This document shows, piece after piece, positions 1-14,459 of a DNA stretch of 64,000 nucleotides. How positions within the stretch are numbered: the first letter of the stretch is position 1; the number at the start of each line of letters is the position of its first letter. The notes beneath the pieces are model-generated. The model made no database searches and was not told where the DNA came from. It saw only the letters and a program-made list of their open reading frames with translations. The DNA is taken from contig NW_019091355.1 in the NCBI RefSeq assembly GCF_001949145.1, forward strand, positions 3,764,646 through 3,828,645, read 5' to 3'. The translations under genes were made by a program, and so were the position numbers. The DNA is from Acanthaster planci. Taxonomy: Eukaryota.

Positions 1-215
1 CCCCCATAAAGAAACTACTCCGTAGCAGGGAATAAAGTTTCTCAAACAAATGCTCAGAAATACCACAACTCGCTTCAACGGCTTGACACCCCATCTCTGC
101 AACTGAAACAATTCAGAGTAGCGGTCCAACTGTAATGGTTTTGGTCTGGGTTTTTTTGCTTTCCTTTTACTTTTAGTTTTTTCTTTTCAACCTTCAAAAT
201 AAGGACTCGACTCAC

Positions 216-317
216 GAGCATGGATGGTTTGTGGAAGAACTCAACCTTGACGTCGCCGCAGATGGGCACCGTAGTGGGAATGTCAAACTCAATGATCCTC
301 TCGCCTCTCTTGATCCC
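216..317 (-). CDS. PTEN: PTEN-A exon 7 (C2 domain: GIKRGERIIEFDIPTTVPICGDVKVEFFHKPSML)
   Basis: Acceptor CAG at 320-318, donor GTGAGT at 215. Matches the PTEN C2 motif PVCGDIKVEFFHK; phase 0-0. Confidence 0.9.
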
Positions 318-2078
318 CTGGGCAGATCAACCAAATCAAAATCCATTTTAATAAAATCATAACGGGTTGATCAAATTTAAGAATTCATTAAATTGAAGAC
401 AAAAGTCTGGTTCCTGCCGCATGTAAGAAGGAAGGACGGAAAAAAGACCGCTCTGATTTGTGATGTCTGTTTCCAATGGAAATATTGCAAAGAGAATACA
501 TATCCAGAAACACAATGAAAGACAGCCTATTTTCAAGTGCTGATAATTCGGCATCCGAGAGAAAAGTCACTTTCAGAGTCGAAACCCTGAAATCTCTCAA
601 ATCTGAACACAAACATAGCGTCCACACTCCTGGCGATCCGTACTTTAAGTCATTACCCTCTGAATTTTGCCCCACAGTTTTTTTGGTCTACGGTACCACA
701 ATCACCGAGTAAACAGCAGTAACATATGAAGGTTTACTGTTCCATGACAGGTTTTCACACTGAAAACTAATAATTTTGTGCAAATATGAATTCTGCTAAA
801 AATGACAGACACCTTTTGGGTTACTCCGCCCACACTTTAAAAACTTCTCAGGCTATGACTACTGAGGGCGCTGTTTACTCTGATGCCACTTCAGGCACAC
901 GCACCTATTTGGGGGTTAAACCATACAAATTATGGACACCCAGTGTAGCAGACTGAAAATGTATGAGCAAAAAGTTTACTAAATGACAAGCTGTCACATA
1001 CTGAGGGAGAAAAATTAACATGACAACTTGACCATGGCAACCGGTAAGCGCGAAGCTTTTGTAACCACTGAACATTCTGCAGAGGACATCACTGCACGAT
1101 GCTGTCTTGACTTTGCAAATTTTCACCGACAAGCCTGTGAAGTCTTTCATTTTTACGTACATAAAAATTTTATCAAAAGATTGTTCATGTGATGCCAAAA
1201 AAGGAGTAAAAAACAGAATTTGCGACTCATGAATGGACGGTCACAGGTCTAGCAACTGCCCGACAGGCCAACTTTTTAAGACTTCAAGCTATCCAACGCC
1301 CAATACAGAGAAGCATCTACTCTAGGTTATCATGATAGATCAATAGTTCTCCACACCTTGCTAGCAATGAACAGCTGTCACACATGTTCAAAAAACTTGA
1401 ATTTCACAACTTAAGCAGTGCCTTTCAATTGCTGTTAATGAAATGATTACCAGCCCCTCGCATCCTGGAGTTCAACAAGGTGTCACAGAGGATGAGCCGT
1501 GTCAAATTAACTCGACCAGGAAATGAAATTACGGAAAACAAAGGCCTGGCCAGCCTCTTCGGCCGAATGAATTAACGACCCTGCATTGGTCAGGTCCTCT
1601 TCCTTCCTGAGTATAATTAGATGACTGGGGACAAGTCTAAAACCTCCTCCGCCAACCCGCCCACCATCCACGAGGAGACAGTTCCCACCCTACAGAAAAC
1701 CCACAACTTCCTGTCAAGCTCCTGCTCACTTCCAGCAGGCAGGCTGGGGAATTTGGAATAAGCACTTCAATTTTTCAGAATACGACAACCCTGCCTCCAG
1801 GTAATTAAAAAAAAAAAGAATTTTTTTTTTCTTCTCTTGAGGCCTGTCGTCCTGTTTCCTTGAGTCACTAATGCCATTTCCTCTTCAGCCCCTCCCCCCC
1901 AAAAATATCATGGAATTGCCAAATCATGTTACATAACTGTCTTAAATGTCCTTCGACATGCAAGGACTTCAAAGAAGGGGGAAAATATAAACCAGCTGGG
2001 ATTTGGACCCACAATGCCCCATTAATCACATGCCGACAGCCACTAGGTAATGAAAGATATTTTTCTTATGTGATACTT

Positions 2079-2453
2079 AACAATTGTTGACCACTGTGGT
2101 GTGGGATATGGCATTTTGAACACCTGATCACATGACAGAGCGATATATCCACACATCACACTAACCGTGTGGCACCTCATTCTGCCGATAGCATGTGCAT
2201 GCGCATGAGACAGAAGAGCTTCGGGTAGAGCGACCGTTGCCGTTCATTGATTAAGTTCTGAGTGGTACCCATGATACATTTTGTGCATAGGTTACCAGGG
2301 AATTTGATCAATGGTCGCGCTTGTGTAATGGACTCGTTCCCATCCCCGCAGCGTATAAGGTAATTCAGGGACCACTATACCAGACAACATGACATGTGAA
2401 CTGTGACATGCTCAAAAACGTCATATCCCACATCACAGCAGTCAACGATTGTT
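2079..2453. mobile_element. MITE-like element with about 50-bp imperfect TIRs
   Basis: AACAATTGTTGACCACTGTGGTGTGGGATATGGC at 2079 is the near reverse complement of GTCATATCCCACATCACAGCAGTCAACGATTGTT ending 2453; boundaries read TTAA and TTGA. Confidence 0.7.
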
Positions 2454-4164
2454 GAGAGGCAGACAACTCGAACCGTCGACTGTTTTGAACAACCTATGGG
2501 AAGTGACACTTTCTTGTTTCAAGCGCATGTATCTAATTGCACATTTAAGGTACCGATCTCAAGAACTACAGTTTGTGGGGGGGTGTCCCTTGATCATGTT
2601 CGAAATCAAAGCAAACTGACCAGAAACACTGATTAGCCATTTCTACCGACAATCAACCGGCTACTGACCACCAACAGCCACATGATGTCACGTTATCCTG
2701 ATGAGCTGAAGTATTCTGTAAATTTGCAAAGTATCACCGCTGCAGCTGGAGATGCATGTATGAAGAGGGAACAGCCAAGTGCTGTTTTTTTTTTCTCCTC
2801 CAAAAGCTCCACAGGTTGACTGTAGCGCACTCTACAATTCGACGAGCACGACAGGTTTGGGTGTCACAACAGTCAACAGATTACCGCAAGCGGAGATGGG
2901 GCAATGACTGACAAATCTCCTGGCGAGCAGGCTTTCTGGACTGCAGGCTAAAGCCTGATTAAATTTCCAAACAGTATTTCCCTGACAATCATGAGCTGAT
3001 TTCATTTTGTCCAAGCAGAGATGAGCTTGACCAGCAGTCGAGAGGTTGTTGGCGAAAAGGTGTTGTCAGTTGTGGCCAATTCCCTCCTGATTTCCGCTCA
3101 GCGAGGACATTAAAAGCTCTGCTTTTGTCAAAAGCAGAGCATATCTGTGTCTATAAAAACAAAACTACTTTACTTCTTGGCCTTCGCAGAGCAACAAAAC
3201 AAAACAAAATTGGCACAAACAACTTTTGCTGAATAAAAACAGTCTGTCAGCAGAAATGTCAGGAGACGCGCAGTTTCAACACCACAGCTTTGGTAAATAT
3301 TGGCCTCACGGATTTGAACCATTGTGGCGACATCACTTGACACGCGATGAAATCATCGTCAAGTACTGCTTCACAGACCTTCTACGCTATCCAGCCTTTA
3401 ATTCGGCCAAATCTGATGATGATCCCAGCTTTAGAAGAAACCCCAATATATGGCTGTCCTGCGAGCACAGCAGATTATACACACACCCTCCCCCCCAAAA
3501 AAAAACTGACAAATGAAACCTGCACAAAGAAACGGGTATTGAGCAGAGAATGTAGTAGCAAATTCCTTCATAAAGCAAAGCTCAGCAGGGACCTGGACGC
3601 AGGCAGTTTGCAACAGGGTGATTGTAAACACTCTTACTGGCTCTGTGCCAGATTTGCGCCAGGCCATGCGGGGCTTACCCCGGGAAAACTAGGTGAGGAT
3701 GCTGTGATGATGGATTTGATGGTTTTTCGATCCCCAATAACTCAAACACTGTCACTAGATTGAACGGAGGTTACAATGTTTTACCAACATGGACTTACAG
3801 ACAAGCTGAAGCTAAGTTAACCAAAGCAATGGATATTAGAAATCAACTTTTACTGTAAGTTTGGCACCTACGGGTGGGGGATAAATAATGTACACAATGT
3901 ACACCACAAAACTGAGAAAGTTTCGGAGTACACAACATGAATTGCTCTCACATGAAAGGTTCCAAGAAGAGTCATTTGATTTGGCTGAAATGCCTTGCCC
4001 ATCATCAAGCTTGTATATGTACGTTAACATTAGAAATAACTTCTCGGAACTGCTTCCCTTTTTTGAAAAGTTAGGCCCATGCCGTATCTACAAAATAAAT
4101 TCCACATCGGCACTCTCCCACCCGGACGAGTGGCCCCAAACACCACCCTCGTCGGGTGCATCAC

Positions 4165-4365
4165 CTTGACAACTTCTGACGTGTAGACTTTGACCTTCTG
4201 CTTGTAGACGACAAAGTAGGGGCAGCAGGAGCCGTTGCTCATCATGGGCACCGTCTCCAGCTGCACTCTCTGCAGCAGCAGCGTGACCGTCTCGTAGGTG
4301 AGCTTGTTCCGGATGATCTCCCCGTAGTACTGTACATAGCGCCTCTGGCTTGGAATGGTGACGCC
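4165..4365 (-). CDS. PTEN: PTEN-A exon 6 (TI loop to start of C2: GVTIPSQRRYVQYY...KVYTSEVVK)
   Basis: CAG acceptor 4368-4366, GTGATG donor at 4164. 201 nt, the same length as the PTEN-B exon. Confidence 0.95.
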
Positions 4366-7300
4366 CTGCCAAACAAGGAAGCAAACAACAAGGCACGTTC
4401 AAACAACCACCCAGAGAGAGAGGAACAGTTATTAAGCTTTGAAGCGCAAATAATAATTTCCCTCTCTGTCGTTTTCGTATTGAAAAAAGCTGAAGTACCA
4501 AACGGTCGACATAAAAAGGAAGTGCTTCCAGGGTGGGGAAGTTTTGGAGGGAAAAAAAAATTCAGTGCGGTATAAAGCAGCCAGAGGTCCTCTAAGCTGA
4601 CGACACCAAAATGAGATGTTAAGAGAAATGGGGGAGAACAGTCGAAAAAAAGAAGAAAAGACAGTAAACAGGAGAAAAGATTAATGCTGTGGAAAATGGA
4701 TGAAGTGGTGTGTGGGATGAAGAGCAAATCCACACTGCACTGGCTGGGATTATTGCCAAGAAGCTGATCTGACCGCCCCATTACTGCCTGAATAAAAAGC
4801 CTGGTTTGGTTGAACTAAAGAAACCTGATATTCTGCCGATAGTGTCTTCTTTCACTGTGTCACTGTCACATTGCTGCCTTTTCATTACTGATCAATTGAT
4901 GGTTTGTTGTCATTTGACAACAGAAGAAACCTGACAATTAACGAAGTATTGAAAATCTCGTGCAGAAATCTCAATATCAAAAATAAACACTACGGCCACA
5001 ATCTAAATGAAAATACGAGCCTCTTCAACAAGTTAACTGGGCAAATTTGGAGCTGAAGCCTGATGCCAACCTAGGGTGATATTTCTGCAAACTTTTACCT
5101 TGCCTGTGAATAGGAGGCAATATTTACGAGACTCGTCTACTCTAAACATCAATAAACAGTCACTGTGCGCCACTGATTACAAAAAAAGAAAAAACTGTCG
5201 GACAATAAAGTTGTCACTGTGATGTGTTTGAAGGAAAATGGATCCCGCTCCTTCTCTTCCCCCCTCAACCGACGGTGTTTTCCGAGAGACCCAGTGCTGT
5301 GATACGAGGAGAATTCCAGTCAGGACTTCTATGCCTCCACCATGTTTCCAGTTATAAGTGAAACGTATCCGAGTCCGAGGGCAATGTGATTGTGTTGACA
5401 AACAAGTTCCACATTGAAAGTGATGGGCCTCTTATTTCCATCTTCTACAATTTCTTTCCGCTTTCTTGTATTAAACTCGCACTTGAGTGGTCATTGTCAG
5501 GCTTTGTATTGGGCACTTGTATGGAAAAAAAAAAGGGTTCACCCATGAAGTATTATTTTACTAGGACTTCCGTTTTCGTTTTTTCTTCTTTCCAACTTTT
5601 AAGGTTGAAAAGATAACCAACGTGTGCATACGGGTATTGTGAACGTTAAAAATAACCGACAGCATTCTGTCTACAATGTACGTCTGAAGCTCTTTGGTCA
5701 ACTTATTTCGGAATGCAAACGCAGGACCTTCCGCTCGCATGTAACCACTGTTTACACAGTCGACGCAACAGGATTGGCTGTTCAATGATTGCGTACTGAC
5801 CTGAACGCCACACTGTTTTTGTTGGGGGGGGGGGGGAAAACAGTGTCTCTGCATAAGATCTGCAGGAACGTCCTGGCAGAGAGGGGATAAATTGATCAGC
5901 CCGTCTCACAGATGGATCGAACACGTTCACAGGATCTTCATTAATACAGGAGGTTTCATTTGTGGAAGATAGGGGGGGACGGGAAGGGGATGACATCCCG
6001 TGCCCGGGTGTGGTTAAGTCAGCTTCAATATATTGATCGCAGGCGGGGAGTAACCGCATTCATTTGATGTATTTTATTCACATGCTTGCTGCTTGTGCGT
6101 GGGAATAAGCTACTGTTTTTCAGTGTTGCTTTCCAGATAAAGAGGAGGGATATCTGGAGTGGCATTTGATAAATCCCAGCCGTATATTGCCTATCAAAAA
6201 AACAAGAACGACGTCACTTCGGTAAGATAGTACGTCTCTTCAGGAATAGAAAATCCCTCTGACAACCCAAGTCGAAAAACTGACAGTCAAATCATTCATC
6301 CCAACTCCCTTGGGTATGTCAAAACTGACGATTGGGATACTGCAATTTAAAAATTTATATGAGAAATGATATCAAGAGACATTGGCTTTAGCAGCTTTCA
6401 TTTTTAGTTTTTGCTGTGCTTGTTTTTTGTGGGCGTACCATTTTTTTTAAATCAAACTTTCTGTGTTCTGATTCCATCCCTTCACATTTTCTTCAAACAC
6501 TTTTGCATACACTCTCAGAAAAAAAACCAAAGAATTTTTTAAAAAAGCCGACGATAAACCCAGAAGAAGGAAGAACCGGTAGCTTGTGACTGAAAAAACA
6601 GACATTTAACACTGATTGCTTTTTTTTTCTCCCAGCAGTGGAAAAAGAAAGGGGGAAAAAAAAAAGACCAAACAAAAAACAGCATGAAAAAAAATATCCA
6701 TTTCTCCCTAAAGTATTGTGGTGACAACCTTCTCGTCCTCAAGTTTCTTTCGCCATTTTATGTAAATCAAATGGAAATACGGTGAAAACTGCCCACGGGT
6801 ACATGTTCCCGTAAACAATAAGGCTGGTAAATGCTTACTTGACATTCCCAGAAAAAAAAAAAAATAAAAAATGACAGCATAGAAATTCAGGTATCATCTC
6901 ATCGGAGTGCCAGGTCCACAGTTAAAACAACATTTTCAGCCCCGGGCTGTCTAGCTTTTCATGCTATTTTAAACTCCTCATGCGCTCTTGACTGTGTTGA
7001 GTTTTCTTTCATCACCAAGACCCGAGCGTGGCTCACCCCACCAGATCTATTGTGCGTCCACCTGTGAATCTTACTATTCACACGCGGGCCAAGATGACAC
7101 ACCGAGATCTTTCCGGGGGTGACTGACCCGTTTTAATGGGAGAGAGGCCCAGGGAAAAAAAAGGCCATGAATCCTTTGGAAGTGGAGCACATCAACGAGA
7201 TGGAGTCCTGCACTGCTGAAGTGTAATGCCAAAACAAACAATATATACTTTTTATATATTTGATCTTGACTGTCCTGTGCCCAGTCCTTTTTTGGGGGGG

Positions 7301-7614
7301 GGATACTTGGCATGCTTTTAAAGACAGTCACTATGCATACACCTGTTCACTTTCCATTCAGACTGACATTAGTGGTCTTGGTTGTTGGGTCATGCATAGT
7401 CAGAGCCTCCCATGCGTCAGTCTCTACGCACTGAGCCCGTCAATGGGAAATGTGAACAATTCGGCTGACCGGCCAGTCAAAACAATTGTAAGACATTACC
7501 GGGAAAACGTTGGAAGGCTCGGCAACGATATCAGAGTCGGGGGGGAGGGGGGGAACGGTATTTCACCCTTCCTTGACTCTTTAAGTGTTAATCTCTCGGA
7601 CGTGGAACGAGTCA

Positions 7615-7830
<216 letters not shown>

Positions 7831-8740
7831 TTACAAAGCTTGGACCTATTCAAAGTGCAAGGAACTGCTAACAGCATGTACGTCCCAAGCATCTTTTTCT
7901 CCAAACGTTGAAGCCGCAGATCAATTGGGCAATTTTTACAACTAAACATGCATGCTTGAGACAACAAGGTTTATATTCAGCATTGGAACTGAAGTGTTCA
8001 CATCTGTGGTGAATTCACTTGCGGCTCTTCTGAACAAATACAATGTAGAAAAGACTGTTTAACATGAATGTAAAGTACAGTGCAATTGAGAGGTGACCTC
8101 AACAGTGGGAAAATCTTTCACACTTTTTCATTTTGTTTTCACATTATTTTCGGACATCTTTTGAATCATTTTCACACACAAATTTTTCGCATGGCATTCA
8201 CAATATTTTCACACTGTTTTCACATATTTTTCATACCAGATTCACAATGAATTTGCAGAGGAGAAAGTAGCAGTCAAAATAAAAAAATCTGGCTGCGAAT
8301 TCTTTCCCTCTTTTGTCGCAGTCGTTTTTCTAGGGTTAAGCTTCCATTGCCCTGTACTGTATGTGTACCACTAGAAACGTGCTACGTACGCGGTATCAAC
8401 TCATGTTGGAATGTATGGTCTCAGATTGTGCACCAGGCACCTGCATGAGCTCAGATGAAAACTTCTCACCAGCCTAACCTCTCTTTTGCCAGTGAGGGCA
8501 CACTTCAGCTCAGGGTGGATAGGGATGGGCAAACCTGCACTGATATCATTGATGCCATACCACCCTCTCAACCTGATGAGCCTCGAGCTGGACCAAGAAG
8601 GGGGCACCATTGTCTCAGTGCTGGAGGCTCATTGGGGCGGAACTGAACTTGACTGGTCCATGAACGACTATGAAACGAACCCGTCACGGTCGCAGCGCTA
8701 CCAACCAAATGAACACTCCTGACCAATATGGGTCTTTTTA

Positions 8741-9067
<327 letters not shown>

Positions 9068-9883
9068 TCAGAAATCAGAACAACCATTTTATGGGTTCAC
9101 GGCAAAACAAACAGCTGCGTGAGATGTGCCATCGGCATTATACATGTACATGTACTCACATGTATGTATGCATAGTAAATGCCATTTTGATAGTGTCCCC
9201 TCTTTTTTCTACAAACAATGCCCTCTTCTGCTGGGACTTTTTTTTTCCATTTTATGGATATCAAAAAAATGCTGATTTTTGTGGTCTGAAAATTTATATA
9301 TCGGGACAGTTCAGATTAAATGAGAACAGTTGGCAGGTATGGGTAATAATGCGTGTTTTTCAAACTCGACCCTAGGTTGTCATGAATGTGCATTTCACAG
9401 AACTGTTTCTCATTACTAGGTTAAAGGACTATTCAACATCTACAAGCACACCGGCAAGTATAGGAGATAATCCAGCAGCACCGTGGCAGCTTGTTTTAGT
9501 ATCGTTCTCGCATGCAACTTTTATGCCACCCCGTGTGCCAGCCTATCAGAGACAGCTCTAGAAACTGCGATAATTACATGTATCTTGGTCACATAAGAGA
9601 CTCATGTTGTTTCTGACTGGTTGACAGATGTCATCCTGCACTACTGCCCTACGAACCCTCTGGCCACCACTAGAGACACGGTTTGCAGCAGAGTCTGACT
9701 TGGAAAGGTGATATCTTGTCAATTTTAAGTCCCCTGATTACATTCAGAAGACCATAATTTGCACTCTTCTTTAAAAAAAGAGCGTTTATACGGACATGTG
9801 CTCACCCCCCCTGAGGTTTTCAATATTAGCTGTTCCTACTATAAGCCCACTGATCTACATGTACAGCCAAACTCTGTATAGCC

Positions 9884-10032
9884 AACAGGAAATGTCATGA
9901 ATAATTAATTTCACAATTTGTGAACAGACCTTTTAGATAAAGGTAAGAAAACAGGAAATGATATCATGAATAATTACCTTAATTTCACAATTTGTGAACA
10001 CACCTTTCGGATAATGGTAAGAAACCACGAAA
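9884..10032 (+). repeat. Tandem duplication, two copies of about 70 bp
   Basis: AACAGGAAATG..TCATGAATAATTA..ATTTCACAATTTGTGAACA..CCTTT..GATAA.GGTAAGAAA occurs twice. Confidence 0.85.
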
Positions 10033-12016
10033 AAGTAGCCACTAGCATCTTCGTGTCAATTCCTCCACATGCACGTACCTGTACATGTGCATGTACATGT
10101 AAGCACAGTCAAGGAGCCGTGTGTACATGTACATGTACCGTATCGCAAACAAGATGTGGCCATTGGCAATGAGCAGTCAGTTCACAAGTCAAATTTATTC
10201 AAATGTGGAGGATTCACCCCCCCCTCCCAAAATGAACTTTTCGAACAGGAGAATTCAGGACAAAGCACTTAAAAAATGCCACCTGCATTGGATGTTAGGC
10301 TCGCAAATTTCATGATTTCTTCCATCAATTTAATCATGTCCTTTTGGACTGGTTACAAGCACCTGGAACTGAATGCTAATGCTAATTTTTCATGATTTGA
10401 ATCAAGACTCATCACAGAAACAAGTGGCCTGTCTTGAGAAGGTCAAAGGGAAAGACTTGTTTTTGCTGTAGTGTCTTTCCCGTCCATGCCATAGCTACAC
10501 ATGCATGTGCATGTACTAGTGCCTTTCAACTAAGTACACGTACGGTGCGTGTACCCACAGGCAATATCTGTGTCATTTTAAACCAAAAAAGGTCATGTGC
10601 GTGGGATGTTCAAGATTTCTGGTTGAAAATCTCTGCCATTCTCTTGCCGCGTTCTGGAAGGAAAGCCTTGTGTTTTTCTCCACAAAGCAGTTTCCAATAT
10701 ATATACGGAGGTGAATAATCGACACATTGATCGATTATTCCAGTAACTGGATAATGCTAGCGAGGCTCTTGGCATTCTATTGTAAATGTCATGTGCCACC
10801 TTTGTGCGCGCACCACTGCTTCAGTGGATCGTGGAAAGGTGCCTCGCACGTGAACAACCTGAGATGCACAGGTATTTCATTATGATAATTCCATAAAGCG
10901 CCTTATTCTGCCCCACAGATCTTCCAAAGTCATCGCGATCTGCGCATGAATAATGCCCCCCGTTTGCTGATTTCTGCAAAGATGCCCCACAGCACACAGA
11001 GAGACCACTGCATCTGCACGCACAATGTTACTTGTGCATGTTCTTTGAAATGTTGAAGGTTTTTGGTGTGTGGCATTTGCGGGTGACATTGAATGGATCC
11101 GAGCATGTCAAATGCCGAAACAGACAAAAGTGTAATCCATCACAGGAGCCTTTTTCCTTCAAACTGTGTCTTCTTCACTCATTTACTATAGTACATGTAT
11201 ATCATGTTCAGATTAGGATCACTAATGCAAAATAAAAATCCGATTTCTTACATCTAAATTGACTTCAGTTACTGGTGTTCCTCAATGCACAGCCCAAAAA
11301 TGCCCAAACTATATGTACATAAACAAGATCGTGGAATGTCCAACTGAGAAGGTTCTCAAAAATCCACTGAAATTGGGAGTGTTACAAAATGACGCTTGCT
11401 TCCACATTGCAAACATGCACGTGGATAGCATACTGTACATCACACCACCCGACAAAATTATAAATGTGGAACTGGAAGTAAGCGTGACCGAGCACCATGA
11501 GCTTGTTTAACCTGCGATAACCTTTAGAAATGTAGGCCTGCATTTGCAGGGTCGAGTTGGAGCTTCCTGGAGAGTGTGTGTCTCTCCACGCACGCACGTC
11601 CATGTACAAGTACATGTACCGTATGTGCACATGAGCACCACTCACAGGCTTCACTGTACATGTACAGTACTGGTACAATGTAAATCAGCCTGCCAGGATG
11701 CTCTTCCATTAAGCAAACATTTGCCCATATTTTTGTCTGCGACAAAGCTGTACAAATTTACTTAGTTTTGTCTCTTTATTTCTCTCGACTTGCTTGAAAG
11801 TGGCCATATGCCTCTGACCCCGATCTGACAGATCTATGTCCAATGAATTGCAAATGATGGATTTGAAAAAAAAATAAGTAAGGTAAATCGACAGAATCCT
11901 TCTAATGAACTTGGGTGCCGACAATTTTTAAATTTGCTTGTGTTTATTTGAATGTTGCGGAAAAGAACACACACAGGCGATTGTGTAAGTTTGGCTGTTC
12001 CAATACTTTTCCTATT

Positions 12017-12415
12017 TGTGACCTGTCGTCACTAAATGTGCTGAAAGTCAGAATTTTCAAAAACTGAGATATTGGCATTTTTTAATTCAGCATAAAGACA
12101 GCTTTCCAAAAGTATGTACACAGAACACTTAGGGTAGAAGTATAAGGTGACAATGTCACATTATTCTGGCAGCTTTGCGTCTTTGTTCCAGACATTGTTT
12201 CAACATTTCAGACCAGGCACGAATAATACCATCGTCAAAATTGCTGAGAAAATGACATTCTTAAACATGTGCTTCTGCGAAATATTTGGAATTAAATAGG
12301 AGACGGTTTACTCTCTACACCCAAAAATTGACCTCCACTTCGATAATACTTTGAACCCTGAAAATACGAAAGAGTGGGATTCGACTTTACTCTCACTTTG
12401 TCGTGACAGGTCACA
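12017..12415. mobile_element. MITE with TGTGACCTGTC termini
   Basis: Perfect 11-bp TIR TGTGACCTGTC...GACAGGTCACA, extending imperfectly; termini resemble those of 50210-50457. Confidence 0.6.
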
Positions 12416-12945
12416 TTTATCACTGACAAATCAGTGTTTTAACCAGTTAATGTTGGATTTTCTTACCCGAAAAAGCTGCTGGGGGTGTTTTTTTTTTTTA
12501 CTACAAATTCTGCAACCTTGCAATTGTGCCTTGACCCAACCAAGCACGACACATTAATGCGTCAACTGCTGAAATGAAATAAGAATTCTTCAACAAGTGT
12601 AAACGTCCTCCCTGGAACAATTAAGGAAAAGTTGGTGTGTTTACATGTCACCCAGCGTCAAGTGGTTTGGTTAAACTGGCAGTTATGAATCAAATGACAG
12701 ATTTCAGCATGTTGGTCCTGTCAAGCATCTACTGATTGATATCCAGAATTCACCCATGTGTTCACATCCATTTCAAATACCGGTATAAGGAAATTCAAAT
12801 CTCAGGCCATGTTTGAAAAAAATGTTTACATATGCTTAATATTTCATATTGAACACATTTAAACAATCTTTTACAAAAACTGCTGCCAACTCCTTGCTGG
12901 CTACAGTGACCTACATGTACATGTAAACCACAAATCAAAAAGAAG

Positions 12946-13026
12946 GAGGGGTCTGACGTTTCGATCCTGGCAGCTGCCAGGATCAGAACGTTGGGATTCT
13001 GCTGGGATAGAAATGTCAGGCCCCTC
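12946..13026. repeat. Palindromic remnant, possibly of Penelope-like pseudo-LTR origin
   Basis: Outer arms GAGGGGTCTGACGTTTCGATCCTGGCAG / CTGCTGGGATAGAAATGTCAGGCCCCTC, plus a perfect 22-bp palindrome GATCCTGGCAGCTGCCAGGATC. Confidence 0.55.
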
Positions 13027-13800
13027 TGTCCTGATTTCACATAAAATATTTAAATTGAACAATTCTTTCTATTGTTTCTATCCTTAAATCAAATGCGTGA
13101 ATTGTAGCATCAAATGCGTGAGAAATTCGTCTGTGGTTTGAATTTCCCTTCTAAAACATGACACTTTACTCTTCAGCCTTGAATATTACTAGAGTATTAA
13201 CAACCCCCCCCCCAATTTTATTTTGCTAGGAACCTCTGCAGCGCCATATGCAATTTTCATCAAGTAAACCACAACCCTATCGGTATTACTCCAACGCTAA
13301 TATTCACATGTGTCACGCCCCTGATGTCAGATCAAGCGCATGGTGTCCGTCTGTCAATCCACTAAACTAAATACCGGTACAAAAGTGCCCTGTATATACA
13401 ATGTACTTAAACAATCACTCTAAAATAACACTGAGACGTTTCCCTCACAACAACGGGGAAGAAATTAAATTGTCGGGTAAACAGTGGAGATGGCTTGAGT
13501 AAATTGTCCTGAGGTTGTGTCCCTTTCCGTGACGCTTTTTACATCCACAATAAAAGTAAACATTCAGCACTGGCCTGGCCATTCATGATAAAAATAAAGA
13601 CTAAAAATAGTGCTATTTTCAGTTTCCTTTTTCTCGTCTGAAGGAACAAGTGTAATGAATAGACATGCAGATTTATATACATTGAGGATTTCTACAATTA
13701 TGATGAAGTCCACCTTTTTTCCTCAAGCACTGTCTTTCAGGCACCCACAGATTCAAAAGCTTTCAATTATTTTTCCAGTACCGGTAGATTAATTGTCCCC

Positions 13801-14459
13801 NNNNNNNNNNNNNNNNNNNNNNNNNNNNNNNNNNNNNNNNNNNNNNNNNNNNNNNNNNNNNNNNNNNNNNNNNNNNNNNNNNNNNNNNNNNNNNNNNNNN
13901 NNNNNNNNNNNNNNNNNNNNNNNNNNNNNNNNNNNNNNNNNNNNNNNNNNNNNNNNNNNNNNNNNNNNNNNNNNNNNNNNNNNNNNNNNNNNNNNNNNNN
14001 NNNNNNNNNNNNNNNNNNNNNNNNNNNNNNNNNNNNNNNNNNNNNNNNNNNNNNNNNNNNNNNNNNNNNNNNNNNNNNNNNNNNNNNNNNNNNNNNNNNN
14101 NNNNNNNNNNNNNNNNNNNNNNNNNNNNNNNNNNNNNNNNNNNNNNNNNNNNNNNNNNNNNNNNNNNNNNNNNNNNNNNNNNNNNNNNNNNNNNNNNNNN
14201 NNNNNNNNNNNNNNNNNNNNNNNNNNNNNNNNNNNNNNNNNNNNNNNNNNNNNNNNNNNNNNNNNNNNNNNNNNNNNNNNNNNNNNNNNNNNNNNNNNNN
14301 NNNNNNNNNNNNNNNNNNNNNNNNNNNNNNNNNNNNNNNNNNNNNNNNNNNNNNNNNNNNNNNNNNNNNNNNNNNNNNNNNNNNNNNNNNNNNNNNNNNN
14401 NNNNNNNNNNNNNNNNNNNNNNNNNNNNNNNNNNNNNNNNNNNNNNNNNNNNNNNNNNN
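13801..14459. other. Assembly gap (N) in PTEN-A intron 3
   Basis: N run; flanking exon phases join without needing a hidden exon. Confidence 0.99.

Noticed and set aside
8110..8250. TTTTCACA-like repeats as a CRISPR-like or structured array
   Set aside because: Irregular low-complexity repeats without constant repeat or spacer length, in a eukaryotic intron.
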